Positions 45,761-55,493 of a stretch of DNA of 64,000 nucleotides are shown piece after piece. The first letter of the stretch is position 1. Every line of letters begins with the position of its first letter. Below the pieces are notes generated by a model that did no database searches, was not told where the DNA came from, and was given only the letters and a program-made list of their open reading frames with translations. A program made the position numbers and the translations under genes. The stretch is taken from assembly GCA_964429165.1 (NCBI GenBank), contig CAYSAN010000006.1:7118-71117 (forward strand), in the 5' to 3' direction. This DNA is from an uncultured Thermotogaceae bacterium. Lineage in GTDB: Bacteria; Bipolaricaulota; Bipolaricaulia; Bipolaricaulales; Bipolaricaulaceae.

Positions 45761-48700
45761 ATGCCCACGGATCTCCGGCCTCTTTCCTTTTCGGAGCTTT
45801 TGCGCTGGGTTTTTGTGGAACTGAAAAACGCGGGGAGCGTTTTTGGGATCCCACGGGAGCTTTTCTACGTGCCGCGGCCGGAACCTTTCGCCACCGAGAT
45901 CTTCGGCGAGACGCTGAGCACCCCCATCGGGCCTTCCGCCGGACCCCATACCCAGTTGAGCCAGAACATCCTGACGGCTTGGCTATGCGGGGGAAGGTTC
46001 ATGGAGCTAAAAACCGTGCAGGTCCTGGATGACCTGGAGATCCCCCGGCCCTGCATCGACGCCGCGGATGAGGGTTACAACGTGGAATGGTCCCAGGAGC
46101 TCAGGGTGGAGGAGGCTGCCCGCCAATACATCCACGCCTGGGTCCTCATCCATTTGCTTCACCGGGCACTGGGCTGGGCGCGCCAGCCCGTGGGCACGGT
46201 GTTCAACATGAGCGTGGGCTATGACCTTGCCGGCATAAAAACCCCGAAGATCCAAGGCTTTCTCGCCCAGCTCTCCCAACCCCACCCTGTGCTGGCGGAG
46301 GTCCAGGAGGTCTTGCGCCGGGAGTTCCCCCAGTACGCGGATGTGGCCATCCCCGCCCCAGTCTCCCGCAGCGTCACCCTCTCCACCATGCATGGCTGCC
46401 CGCCCCAGGAGATCGAAGCCATTGCCGAGTTCCTTTTGGAGCGAGGTTTTCACACCTTCGTCAAGTTGAACCCCACGCTCCTTGGGCAAGACCGTGTGCT
46501 GCGCATCCTCCACGATCACCTTGGCTTCCGGGAGATTGAAATCCCCGCCAAGGTCTTCGAGCACGACCTTCAGTATGAGCAAGCGCTTCCTCTCATCCGG
46601 AGGCTACAGGCCAAAGCCAAAGCGCTGGGGCTCACGTTCGGGGTGAAGCTCACCAATACGCTGGCCATGGCCAATCACCGCCAGGTGCTTCCCGGGGCGG
46701 AGATCTACATGTCCGGCCGGGCCCTCTATCCCCTCACCCTGAACCTTTTCTGGCAGCTTTTCCAAGACCTGGACGGGGAGGTCCTTGTTTCCTACTCCGG
46801 TGGGGCAGACGCTCTGAACCTGCCCACCCTTGTTTCCTGTGGGGCCCTGCCGGTGACGGCGTGCACGGATCTCCTCAAGCCCGGGGGCTACGCCCGGTTT
46901 GGGCCGTGGCTGGCCGAGCTCCGGCAGGCCATGGCTGGCGTGGGCGCTAAGGATCTTGAGGAGTTCAGGAAAAACCGGGCGGAAAACCTGCGGCGGGCCG
47001 CAGAGGAGAGCTTGCGCATCACCCGGTACCAAAAGGCCTTCTTCCTGGGGGAGCTCCCCAAGATTGCGGATGGGCTTTCCTATTTTGACTGCATTGCCGC
47101 GCCCTGCGTGGCCGCCTGCCCAGTGAACCAAGATGTGCCTGAATACATAGGGCAGATCGAGGCCGGTGATCCCTGGGCCAGCCTGCAGGCCATCCTCGCC
47201 CGCAACCCGCTCCCTGCGATCACAGGCCACGTGTGCCCAGCCTTCTGCGAACGGCGCTGTACGCGGTGGAACTATGAAAAGCCGCTGAGCATTCGGGCCC
47301 TCAAGCGGTTTGCCGCGGAAAACGCGGAGGTGGTGTGGCGCCCGGCGCCGGCCACCGGCCGGAAAGTGGCGGTGGTGGGTGCTGGTCCGGCGGGCCTCTC
47401 CTGTGCGTTTTACCTGGCCCTGGCCGGTGTGGAGGTCACGGTGTTCGAGGCCGGGCCCGCGTCGGGGGGAATGATCGGCCTCGCCCCGGGGTTCCGCTTG
47501 CCCAAAGAGGCCCTCGCCGCGGACCTGCGGCGCCTGGAAAAGCTGGGGGTGCATTTTCACCACAACCACCGGGTGGAGAAAGCCACGGACCTGTTGGGCC
47601 GTGGATTCGACGCCGTGTTTCTCGCCCCTGGTTTCCCCGGGGAGGCCCGGCTGGGGGTCCCCGGCGAAAAGGGGCCGGGTGTGTATGGAGCGCTGGAGCT
47701 CTTTCAGCTCCTGAAGCGAGGGGAAAAGCCAGAGCTTGGCCGGCGGGTGGTGGTGGTCGGGGGAGGCGACACCGCCATGGACGCCGCGCGATCCGCCTGG
47801 CGTCTCACCGGCCAGCCCGTGACCGTGGTGTATCGGCGCAGCCGGGCCGAGATGCCCGCCCATCCCCAGGAGGTGGAGGAGCTTCTCCGCGAGGGGAACG
47901 TGCTGTTGGAGCTGGTGAGCCCGCAGGAGATCCTGCGGGAAGCGGGCAGAGTGCGGGCGCTGCGCTGCGTGCGCAATCGCTTGGGAGAGCCCGGTCTGGA
48001 TGGGCGCCGCCTGCCTGAGCCCATCCCCGGCTCGGAGTTCGAGCTCCCTGCGGACACGGTGATCGTAGCCGTGGGGCAGCGGCCCGAACTACGTTTTTAT
48101 GAGGGAACTGGCCTCGTCCTCCAACGGGACGGGCGATTGGTGGTTGATCCCGAGGGCGGGGAGACCAACCTTTACCAGGTGTACGCCGGTGGGGATGCGG
48201 TGCGCGGCCCAGCCACGGTGATCGAGGCCATAGCCGACGGCCGCCGCGCCGCCCTGGCCATCCTCACCAAACTGGGCTTGCCCCTTCCGGACCTCCCCGT
48301 CCCCGCCGTGGCCCAGGCAGAACGAGAACTACGGCGCCGCAAGGCCCGGAAAGCCATGCCCTGCGGCCCCGCCCATCGTCCCGTCCAGGAACGCCGGGAT
48401 TTCCAACCCCTGGAGCTTCCCCTCTCCCCGGAGGAGGCCCGGCAGGAGGCCGAACGCTGCCTCCAGTGTCGCACCGTGTGCGACAAGTGCATCGAGGTGT
48501 GTCCGAATCGCGCCAATGTGGCCTACCGGGCGCGCACTGGCACCTGGCGCGTGCCCATCGTGGCCGCACACGCTAGTGAAGCGACCGTAGTGGGTGAGGA
48601 GGAATTTCGCGTGACCCAGGAGCGGCAGATCCTCCACCTGGATGACCTTTGCAATGATTGTGGGAACTGTGCCACGTTCTGCGTGCACGAGGGCAAACCC

Positions 48701-49018
48701 TACCAGGACAAGCCCCGCCTTTATTTCCGCGTGGAAAGCTGGGGTGCAGAGGAGCGCAACGCCTTCATCCTTCTCCGCGGGGTTCTTCACCGACGGGAAA
48801 ACGGCGAGGTGGCAAGAATTTGGCAGGACGGGGAGGACTTCGTGTTCGAGGACGCGTTCGTGCGGGCCACGTTGTCCTCGGCCCTTCATCCACGGGAGAT
48901 CCAGCTCAAACGAAGCTTTTCTGGCACGCGCTCCCTGCGGCTGGCCTGGGAGATGGCCCTCATCTTCCAAGGCCTGCGGGAAAGCCTGGTCCATGTTTGG
49001 GAGGCGAGCCGTGGCTGA
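45761..49018 (+). CDS. ygfK: YgfK-like large FeS/flavin oxidoreductase ('putative selenate reductase subunit YgfK'): N-terminal YgfK-specific region plus GltD-like NAD(P)H/FAD domain and 4Fe-4S motifs
   Basis: 1085 aa; [14 protein letters not shown] and VVVVGGGDTAMD dinucleotide folds, multiple Cys clusters (CIAAPCVAACP, CxxCxxC..C). Confidence 0.8.
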   Translation: MPTDLRPLSFSELLRWVFVELKNAGSVFGIPRELFYVPRPEPFATEIFGETLSTPIGPSAGPHTQLSQNILTAWLCGGRFMELKTVQVLDDLEIPRPCIDAADEGYNVEWSQELRVEEAARQYIHAWVLIHLLHRALGWARQPVGTVFNMSVGYDLAGIKTPKIQGFLAQLSQPHPVLAEVQEVLRREFPQYADVAIPAPVSRSVTLSTMHGCPPQEIEAIAEFLLERGFHTFVKLNPTLLGQDRVLRILHDHLGFREIEIPAKVFEHDLQYEQALPLIRRLQAKAKALGLTFGVKLTNTLAMANHRQVLPGAEIYMSGRALYPLTLNLFWQLFQDLDGEVLVSYSGGADALNLPTLVSCGALPVTACTDLLKPGGYARFGPWLAELRQAMAGVGAKDLEEFRKNRAENLRRAAEESLRITRYQKAFFLGELPKIADGLSYFDCIAAPCVAACPVNQDVPEYIGQIEAGDPWASLQAILARNPLPAITGHVCPAFCERRCTRWNYEKPLSIRALKRFAAENAEVVWRPAPATGRKVAVVGAGPAGLSCAFYLALAGVEVTVFEAGPASGGMIGLAPGFRLPKEALAADLRRLEKLGVHFHHNHRVEKATDLLGRGFDAVFLAPGFPGEARLGVPGEKGPGVYGALELFQLLKRGEKPELGRRVVVVGGGDTAMDAARSAWRLTGQPVTVVYRRSRAEMPAHPQEVEELLREGNVLLELVSPQEILREAGRVRALRCVRNRLGEPGLDGRRLPEPIPGSEFELPADTVIVAVGQRPELRFYEGTGLVLQRDGRLVVDPEGGETNLYQVYAGGDAVRGPATVIEAIADGRRAALAILTKLGLPLPDLPVPAVAQAERELRRRKARKAMPCGPAHRPVQERRDFQPLELPLSPEEARQEAERCLQCRTVCDKCIEVCPNRANVAYRARTGTWRVPIVAAHASEATVVGEEEFRVTQERQILHLDDLCNDCGNCATFCVHEGKPYQDKPRLYFRVESWGAEERNAFILLRGVLHRRENGEVARIWQDGEDFVFEDAFVRATLSSALHPREIQLKRSFSGTRSLRLAWEMALIFQGLRESLVHVWEASRG

Positions 49019-50255
49019 GCCCACATGCTTGCGGTGCATCACCTGCGGGCGGGAGTTCCCCCCCTGGTCCGTGGACTACTTTTGCCCGGAATGTGGATTT
49101 CCCGGGGGAAACCTGGAGGTGCTCTACGACTATACGCAGGTCCGCGCCTCTTTCCCTAAGCCTGGGGCGTTCTCCCTTTGGCGGTACGAGGCGCTTCTTC
49201 CTGTGGAGGAGGGGCACGCGGTGCGGCTGCGGGCAGGCCACACCCCCCTTTACCCGTGGCCAGAGGCTGGGGAGGAGTGGGGGCTGGGCGCGGTCTGGAT
49301 CAAGGATGATACTTTGCACCCCACGGCCTCCTGCAAGGATCGGGGCACGGCGGTGACCGTGGCCGTGGCAAAAAAACTGGGAAGAAAGGCACTTTCCTGC
49401 GCATCCACTGGCAATGCCGCCAGTTCCCTGGCGGGCTTTTGTGCTTCCGGCGGAGTTCCCTGTTACATCTTCGTCCCCAAGAGCGCCCCGGCCCCCAAGC
49501 TCGCCCAGCTCGTGGCCTTTGGGGCCCACGTGTTCCGCGTGGACGGAACCTACGACCAGGCCTTCTCCCTAGCTTTGGTCGCCTCCCAGGAGTTCGGGTG
49601 GTACAACCGCTCCGATGGGCTCAACCCCATGGTGGTGGAGGGGAATAAGACGGTGTCCTTCGAGATCTGGGAGGAGTTGGGGGACGTGCCGGAGGCGGTG
49701 GTGGTGGCCGTGGGCGACGGCGCGGTCATCGCTGGTGTGTGCAAAGGCTTTCTTGAGCTGCGCAAAGCGGGGTTAACCGCGCGTGTGCCCAGGGTGTTTG
49801 GCGTGCAGGCGGAGGGGGCGGCCGCCGTGGCCCACGCCTTCGCCCGCTATGGCCAAGGCCGGGCCATCCTCCCCGCGGAGGAGGCGGCGGAAACCCTGGC
49901 GGACTCCATTTGCGTGGGGAAACCCGCGGATGTGGTGAAGGCTGTGAAGTACGTGGCGGAAACGGAGGGGGGGTATGTGACCGTAACCGATGAGGAGCTG
50001 GTCTCCGCTGCGCTGAAGATGGCCAGGACAGTTGGGATCTTCTGTGAGCCCGCAGGGGCTGCGCCCGGCGCGGCCCTGGCACGGCTGGTGAAATACGGCG
50101 CCGTGGGCCCCAAAGATCGTGTGGTCCTCATCGTCACCGGGTCAGGGCTCAAGGATCCCCAGGGGGTGACCCGTGGTCTTCCCCAGCCGCCCCTGGTCCG
50201 CCCCGATCTTCAGGCCCTCAGAGAGGTGGTGGGATGCACCTTGAATTCTGGGTGA
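48993..50255 (+). CDS. threonine-synthase-family PLP enzyme with N-terminal Cys4 zinc ribbon (start ATG 48993 or in-frame GTG 49011; overlaps the ygfK end)
   Basis: CLRCITCG...CPECG ribbon; fold-type II PLP motifs (SCKDRG lysine, CASTGNAASSLA). Confidence 0.75.
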   Translation: MFGRRAVAEPTCLRCITCGREFPPWSVDYFCPECGFPGGNLEVLYDYTQVRASFPKPGAFSLWRYEALLPVEEGHAVRLRAGHTPLYPWPEAGEEWGLGAVWIKDDTLHPTASCKDRGTAVTVAVAKKLGRKALSCASTGNAASSLAGFCASGGVPCYIFVPKSAPAPKLAQLVAFGAHVFRVDGTYDQAFSLALVASQEFGWYNRSDGLNPMVVEGNKTVSFEIWEELGDVPEAVVVAVGDGAVIAGVCKGFLELRKAGLTARVPRVFGVQAEGAAAVAHAFARYGQGRAILPAEEAAETLADSICVGKPADVVKAVKYVAETEGGYVTVTDEELVSAALKMARTVGIFCEPAGAAPGAALARLVKYGAVGPKDRVVLIVTGSGLKDPQGVTRGLPQPPLVRPDLQALREVVGCTLNSG

Positions 50256-50716
50256 ATGGGCGTCCTGTGGGGGTGGATGTTCCTCCTGGCCGCCGGCTGT
50301 TGGACCTCCTGCGCAAGGATCTGGGCCTCATCGGCACAAAGGAGGGCTGCGGGGAGGGGGAATGCGGCGCCTGCACCGTGCTCGTGGACGGAAAGCCGCG
50401 CCTTTCTTGTCTCACTTTGGCCATCCAGGTGGAGGGCAAGCACGTCCTCACTGTGGAGGGTCTGGCCCAAACCGGTGCGCTCCATCCTTTACAAGAGGCG
50501 TTTGTGGAGACCGCCGCGGTGCAATGTGGATTTTGTATTCCCGGATTTCTCATGGCCGCCTATGCCCTCCTTTTGCAAAATCCCAGCCCCACGCGGGAGG
50601 AAGTGCGAGTGTGGCTTTCCGGGAACCTTTGCCGCTGCACGGGCTACGAGCAGATTGTGGAGGCTGTGTTGCTGGCGGCCGCGAAGGTCAAGCATGCAAC
50701 GGGAAGCACGGCCTGA
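50234..50716 (+). CDS. [2Fe-2S]-binding subunit of a molybdenum hydroxylase
   Basis: CGEGECGAC and QCGFCIPG...CRCTGY motifs. Confidence 0.85.
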   Translation: MHLEFWVNGRPVGVDVPPGRRLLDLLRKDLGLIGTKEGCGEGECGACTVLVDGKPRLSCLTLAIQVEGKHVLTVEGLAQTGALHPLQEAFVETAAVQCGFCIPGFLMAAYALLLQNPSPTREEVRVWLSGNLCRCTGYEQIVEAVLLAAAKVKHATGSTA

Positions 50717-51338
50717 GGTGAGCGGGGTGGTGCTGGCGGCCGGGCCGGGCCGCCGGTTGGGTCTTCCCATCCCCAAGCCACTTCTGCCTGTCCAGGGCAA
50801 ACCCATGCTGGCCTGGGTCCTGGACCTGGTGGCGCGTCTTCCTCTGCAAGAACGAGTGCTGGTGGTGGGCGCCCGGGCCCAGCAAATCCTTGCCGCCCTT
50901 TTCGCCGCAGACTTTTCCTCTTCCGCGCGGTGGGAGCTCAGGCTGGCACGGCACGGCCAGACTTGGCGCGTCCTGTACAATCCCGCTTGGCCGGAGGGTC
51001 TGGGTGCGTCTTTGCGGCGGGCGGCGGAAGCGGTCCCCATGGGAATGCTCTTGTTTTTGGGGGATATGCCCTATGTGCCCGAGCGGGCGGCCCTGGCCGT
51101 GCTCTCTCGGGCCGGGGCAAGGCCCGTGGCCCCTTGTTTTCAAGGGCAGCGAGGTTTTCCCGTGTACCTTCCAGCATCAATGCGTCCGGAACTTCTGAAG
51201 CTGGCGGGGGATGTGGGCGCGCGGGACCTCCTTGGGGCCTGCGAGCTCATCCCCTGGGATCATCCCGGCGTGGTCCAGGACGTGGACCAGCTCACGGATC
51301 TAGGGGGAGGCAGGCCATGCCTTCCATTCCCGTTGTAA
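50694..51338 (+). CDS. mocA: MobA-like nucleotidyltransferase, probable molybdenum cofactor cytidylyltransferase MocA/YgfJ (start ATG 50694 or GTG 50718)
   Basis: GVVLAAGPGRRLG nucleotide-binding N-terminus, MobA-like fold; embedded between FeS and FAD subunit genes. Confidence 0.7.
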   Translation: MQREARPEVSGVVLAAGPGRRLGLPIPKPLLPVQGKPMLAWVLDLVARLPLQERVLVVGARAQQILAALFAADFSSSARWELRLARHGQTWRVLYNPAWPEGLGASLRRAAEAVPMGMLLFLGDMPYVPERAALAVLSRAGARPVAPCFQGQRGFPVYLPASMRPELLKLAGDVGARDLLGACELIPWDHPGVVQDVDQLTDLGGGRPCLPFPL

Positions 51339-52162
51339 AGCCAAAAGGCCTGTCTGAGGCCTTGCGGTATGTTGCGGAGGGCGGGAAACCCATGGCTGGA
51401 GGCACGGATCTCCTTGTGGCCATCAGAAAAGGCCAGGAGAGGCCCGCGCTTTTGGTGTACGTGGGCGAGCTCCCGGAGCTGCGGATCCTGCGGGAAGGGG
51501 AGGAGGGGCTGGAGGTGGGCGCGGCTCTCACCCATGATGAGATCCTTTCCCATCCCGCCACGGAAAGGGTGCCCATCCTGCGACAAGTTCTGTGCACCAT
51601 CGGGTCCCCGGCCATTCGCGCCATGGGCACGCTGGGCGGAAACCTGGTGACCGCCTCGCCGGCGGGCGATAGCCTTGTGGCCCTCTATCTCCTGGAGGCC
51701 AGGGTGCGCACGGTGGGACCGGAGGGGGAACGAGAACTTTCCGTGTTTGAGTTCATCACCGGGCCGCGCCGGACGGCGCTTAAGCCTGGAGAGCTTGTGC
51801 GCTCCATTTTCCTCCCCTATCCCCCGGGACAGCCCCACAGCTTTTTCCGCAAGGTCGGGCGGAGGAGGGCCCTGGTGATCGCGGTGGTCTCCCTGGGCGC
51901 TTTGGTGTGGGTGAAGGACGGCCAGGTGGAGCGGGCGCGCCTGGCCCTGGGCTCAGCGGCGCCCACTGTGCTCCGGCCGGGGGAGGTCGAGGAGGGGTTA
52001 GTGGGGAGGCCGGTGGCGCCCGAGGCCTGGGAAGACTTGGTTCCTGTGCTCTCTGCGGCCACGCAGCCCATCTCTGACCTGCGGGCCTCTGCGGAGTACC
52101 GGCGAAAAGTGGCCGGCCGCCTCCTCCTGGCCCTGGCCCAGGCCCTCCAGGCCAAGCCCTAG
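51317..52162 (+). CDS. FAD-binding subunit of a molybdenum hydroxylase (YgfM/CoxM-like); start at internal ATG of table ORF 50930..52162
   Basis: KPMAGGTDLLV FAD-binding PCMH domain, CO-DH flavoprotein C-terminal domain. Confidence 0.8.
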   Translation: MPSIPVVKPKGLSEALRYVAEGGKPMAGGTDLLVAIRKGQERPALLVYVGELPELRILREGEEGLEVGAALTHDEILSHPATERVPILRQVLCTIGSPAIRAMGTLGGNLVTASPAGDSLVALYLLEARVRTVGPEGERELSVFEFITGPRRTALKPGELVRSIFLPYPPGQPHSFFRKVGRRRALVIAVVSLGALVWVKDGQVERARLALGSAAPTVLRPGEVEEGLVGRPVAPEAWEDLVPVLSAATQPISDLRASAEYRRKVAGRLLLALAQALQAKP

Positions 52163-52220
52163 CGCGCTAGAGCCCTTTCGAGTATCTTCTTTTTCCCTTT
52201 TTGCGGGCAGGGGAAAGCCC

Positions 52221-52787
52221 ATGTGTGAGCACATCGAAAGGATGCTTTTTTCTGCGGACGAGATTCAACAGCGGGTGCGGGAGCTGGGAGCCCAGATCTC
52301 CCAGGACTACCGCAACGGTGGGAAGAAAGACCCCTTCGGCCGTCCGCTCCTCGTGGTCGGCCTCCTCAAGGGAGCCCTCCCCTTCATGGCCGACCTGATC
52401 CGGGCCATGGATATCCCCATCCATTACGATTTCATGGCCGTGTCCAGCTACCGCAACGGCACAAGCCCGGGCGAGGTGCGAATCCTCAAGGACTTGGACT
52501 GTGCCATCGGCCGTAGGGACGTCCTCGTTGTGGAGGACATCGTGGACACAGGCCACACCCTCCGCCACATCCTGCGCAGCCTCCTGGCGCGGGAGCCCGC
52601 CTCCCTCAGGATCTGCACCCTCTTGGACAAGCCGTATCGCCGGGAAGTCCAGGTCCCTGTGGACTACGTGGGGTTCATTGTTCCGGAGAACGTGTTCGTC
52701 GTGGGCTATGGGCTCGATTACGCCGAGCTTTATCGCAACCTTCCGTTCATCGGCGTTTTGAAGCCCGAGCACATCCGGGAGGGGTGA
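52221..52787 (+). CDS. hpt: hypoxanthine phosphoribosyltransferase
   Basis: PRPP-binding VLVVEDIVDTGHTL motif. Confidence 0.9.
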   Translation: MCEHIERMLFSADEIQQRVRELGAQISQDYRNGGKKDPFGRPLLVVGLLKGALPFMADLIRAMDIPIHYDFMAVSSYRNGTSPGEVRILKDLDCAIGRRDVLVVEDIVDTGHTLRHILRSLLAREPASLRICTLLDKPYRREVQVPVDYVGFIVPENVFVVGYGLDYAELYRNLPFIGVLKPEHIREG

Positions 52788-53788
52788 TGCTCGTCCTGGG
52801 GATTGAGACCTCCTGCGATGAGACCGCGGTGGCCATCGTTGAGGACGGTCAAAGGATCCGGGCAAACCTCGTTTATTCCCAAGCCGATCTCCATGGGCGT
52901 TATGGTGGGGTTGTTCCTGAGGCGGCCAGCCGCGATCACCTGCGCAAGATCCCCGCTCTGGCCCAGGAGGCCTTAGCTGCAGCCAAAGCCTCCTGGGCGG
53001 ACATCGATGTGGTGGGCGTGACCTATGGTCCGGGCCTGATCGGCCCCTTGCTGGTGGGGGTTTCCTACGCGGCGGGGGTGGCCCTGGCCCGCGGCCTGCC
53101 CCTGGTGGGAGTGAATCACTTGGCGGCCCACCTCTTCGCCCTGCGGTTGAGCGAGCCCCCCGTGGAACCGCCGTTTCTGGGGTTGATCGTCTCCGGCGGG
53201 CACACGCTCCTGGTGGCCGTGCCGCGGTGGGGCGAGTATCAGGTGGTGGGCGGGACCAGGGACGACGCGGCGGGTGAGGCCCTGGACAAGTTTGGGCGCC
53301 TCGTGGGGCTCCCCTATCCTGCTGGCCCGCATATAGATGCCCTGGCCCAGGAGGGCGATCCCACGCGCATCCCGTTTCCACGGCCCATGCTCGAAAGCGG
53401 GTTGGACATGAGCTTTGCCGGCCTGAAGACCGCTGCCATCTATTGGCTGCGGGAGCACCCGGGAGCACCTCTGTCCGACCTGTGTGCCTCCTTTTTGGAG
53501 GCGGTGGTGGAGGTGCTGGTGGAGAAGACGTTGCGGGCCGCCCGCAGGTTCCAGTTCAACCGAATCGTGGTGGCCGGGGGTGTGGCTGCCAACCGCCGCC
53601 TGCGCCAGGTGTTCCCGCCGCGCGCCGCGGAGCGCGGAATGACCGTGTTCTTCCCGCCGCCTGCGCTTTGCACCGACAACGCTGCCAACGTGGCCGCCTG
53701 CGCCCACCAGCGCTACACCGTGCTGGGCCGCTCCGAGCCCCTTTCTTTGGCTCCGGACGCCAACCTTCCCCTTCACCAGTGGGTCTAG
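52784..53788 (+). CDS. tsaD: tRNA N6-adenosine threonylcarbamoyltransferase TsaD
   Basis: [15 protein letters not shown], HxxGH-type metal site (HLAAH), ASKH fold. Confidence 0.9.
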   Translation: MMLVLGIETSCDETAVAIVEDGQRIRANLVYSQADLHGRYGGVVPEAASRDHLRKIPALAQEALAAAKASWADIDVVGVTYGPGLIGPLLVGVSYAAGVALARGLPLVGVNHLAAHLFALRLSEPPVEPPFLGLIVSGGHTLLVAVPRWGEYQVVGGTRDDAAGEALDKFGRLVGLPYPAGPHIDALAQEGDPTRIPFPRPMLESGLDMSFAGLKTAAIYWLREHPGAPLSDLCASFLEAVVEVLVEKTLRAARRFQFNRIVVAGGVAANRRLRQVFPPRAAERGMTVFFPPPALCTDNAANVAACAHQRYTVLGRSEPLSLAPDANLPLHQWV

Positions 53789-54423
53789 TGCGGCACTCTC
53801 CCCCAGTCCGCAAGGAACCTGGCGATCCCCTGCTCGGTAAGGGGGTGTTGAAACAGCCGGGTGAGCACGGAGTAGGGCACGGTGACGATGGGTGCTCCCA
53901 ATGTGGCTGCGGCCACCACGTGCCCGGGATGGCGCACGCTGGCCACGATCACCTGCGTGGGGAACCCGTAATTTCTGAAGATCTGGAGGATCTCGGCCAC
54001 CACGCTCATGCCGTCTCCGCCGTGGTCGTCGATGCGCCCAACAAAAGGAGAGACGTAATCTGCTCCACATTTGGCCGCCAAAAGGGCCTGTGGGGCAGAG
54101 AACACCAAGGTCACGTTGGTTTTGATTCCCCAGGCCTTAAGCCGCTTCACGGCCTTGAGCCCCTCCACGGTGAGCGGGATTTTGATCACGATGTTGTCGG
54201 CGATCCTGGCGAGCTCCTGCGCTTCCCGCACCATGCCTTCCGCGTCCTGGGCCACCACCTCTGCGGACACCGGGCCTTTCACAAGGGAACAGATCGCGCG
54301 CAGTGTTTGGGGAAAGGGCCGCCCAGCTTGAGCCACCAGGGTGGGATTGGTGGTCACCCCATCTATGAGCCACGCGAACTCCTGGATCTCCTCCACCTTT
54401 GCTGTGTCCAGATAGATCTGCAT
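53785..54423 (-). CDS. fsa: fructose-6-phosphate aldolase / transaldolase (Fsa/TalC subfamily)
   Basis: 212 aa; MQIYLDTA..., TTNPTL, Schiff-base Lys region IKIP. Confidence 0.85.
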   Translation of the reverse strand: MQIYLDTAKVEEIQEFAWLIDGVTTNPTLVAQAGRPFPQTLRAICSLVKGPVSAEVVAQDAEGMVREAQELARIADNIVIKIPLTVEGLKAVKRLKAWGIKTNVTLVFSAPQALLAAKCGADYVSPFVGRIDDHGGDGMSVVAEILQIFRNYGFPTQVIVASVRHPGHVVAAATLGAPIVTVPYSVLTRLFQHPLTEQGIARFLADWGRVPH

Positions 54424-54491
54424 TGCCCCTCCTTGTGGTGAAGTCTAACCGGTTGGACTTGGCTTTCCCAAGGCGGCAAAATTTTGGGCTG

Positions 54492-55493
54492 ATGCGGGCA
54501 CGTTTTGTTCGTCAAATTGTCCTGCCGCAGGTGGGGGAGGCGGGACAAACGCGGCTTTTTGGGAAAAAGGTGCTTGTGGCCGGGTGCGGGGCCTTGGGCA
54601 CCCACACGGCCGAGGCCCTTTTGCGCGCCGGAGTTCAGCACCTGGTGTTGGTGGACCGGGACGTGGTGGAGGAGCACAACCTGCATCGGGTTTCCCTTTT
54701 CACGCCCATGGACGTGGGCCGGCCCAAGGCCGAGGCCGCCGCGGAAAAACTTCGCGCCATCGACCCCCAGGCCCGCATCGACGTCCGGGTGGCCCACTTG
54801 GATGGTGCTCTGGCTGAGGAGCTGGTGCCGCAAGTGGACCTCGTCGTGGACGGCCTGGACAACCTGGAGACGCGGTACGTGGTGAACGATGCCTGTGTTA
54901 AGTACGAAAGGCCATGGGTTTACACGGCGGTGTTGGCCACCTATGGCATGCTCATGGGCATTTGGCCGGGCCGCGGCCCTTGTCTGCGTTGCCTTTTCCC
55001 CAACCCGCCCGGGCCCGGAACCATTCCCACCTGTGCGGAGGCCGGGATCCTCGGCCCGGTGCCCGGGGCATTGGCTTCCCTTCAGGCCGCAACCGCTCTG
55101 CGTCTCTTGCTCGAGGGGCCCACCGCCCCTGTGGGAACCCTCGTCTACCTGGACCTGTGGGGCCTGCGGGCCCAGAGCGTGGAGGTCAAGCGCAACCCCT
55201 CCTGCCCCACGTGTGTGGACCGGGTTTTTGTCTTTCTCCAGGGGAGCTCCGGTGCGGCCATCCTGTGCGGGGACACAGTGCAGGTCCTACCGCGGTTCGG
55301 GACGACCCTCGATTTAGGGGCGTTGGCCGCACGCCTTTCCCATTTGGGCCGTGCGGAGCTTCAGCACGGGGTTCTGTTTGCGGAGCTAGCGGGAACGTCC
55401 TTCACCGTTTTCCCTGATGGGCGGGCCCTGTTCAAGGGAATCCGCGATCCCCGCCGGGCGCAGGCTCTCTACGACCAGTACATCGCTAGGTGA
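54492..55493 (+). CDS. ThiF/MoeB/HesA-family E1-like adenylyltransferase with two CxxC pairs and a ~95-aa C-terminal extension of unknown type (start at internal ATG; table ORF starts 54399)
   Basis: RQIVLPQVGEAGQ...VLVAGCGALG nucleotide-binding motif; CLRC and CPTC zinc pairs; no rhodanese CxxGxR motif in the tail. Confidence 0.75.
   Translation: MRARFVRQIVLPQVGEAGQTRLFGKKVLVAGCGALGTHTAEALLRAGVQHLVLVDRDVVEEHNLHRVSLFTPMDVGRPKAEAAAEKLRAIDPQARIDVRVAHLDGALAEELVPQVDLVVDGLDNLETRYVVNDACVKYERPWVYTAVLATYGMLMGIWPGRGPCLRCLFPNPPGPGTIPTCAEAGILGPVPGALASLQAATALRLLLEGPTAPVGTLVYLDLWGLRAQSVEVKRNPSCPTCVDRVFVFLQGSSGAAILCGDTVQVLPRFGTTLDLGALAARLSHLGRAELQHGVLFAELAGTSFTVFPDGRALFKGIRDPRRAQALYDQYIAR

Noticed and set aside
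52172-52183. 12-mer agccctttcgag shared between the hpt upstream region and both riboswitch copies
   Set aside because: Exact 12-mer repeats are expected by chance many times in 64 kb (roughly N^2/2/4^12, about 100); no extended similarity.
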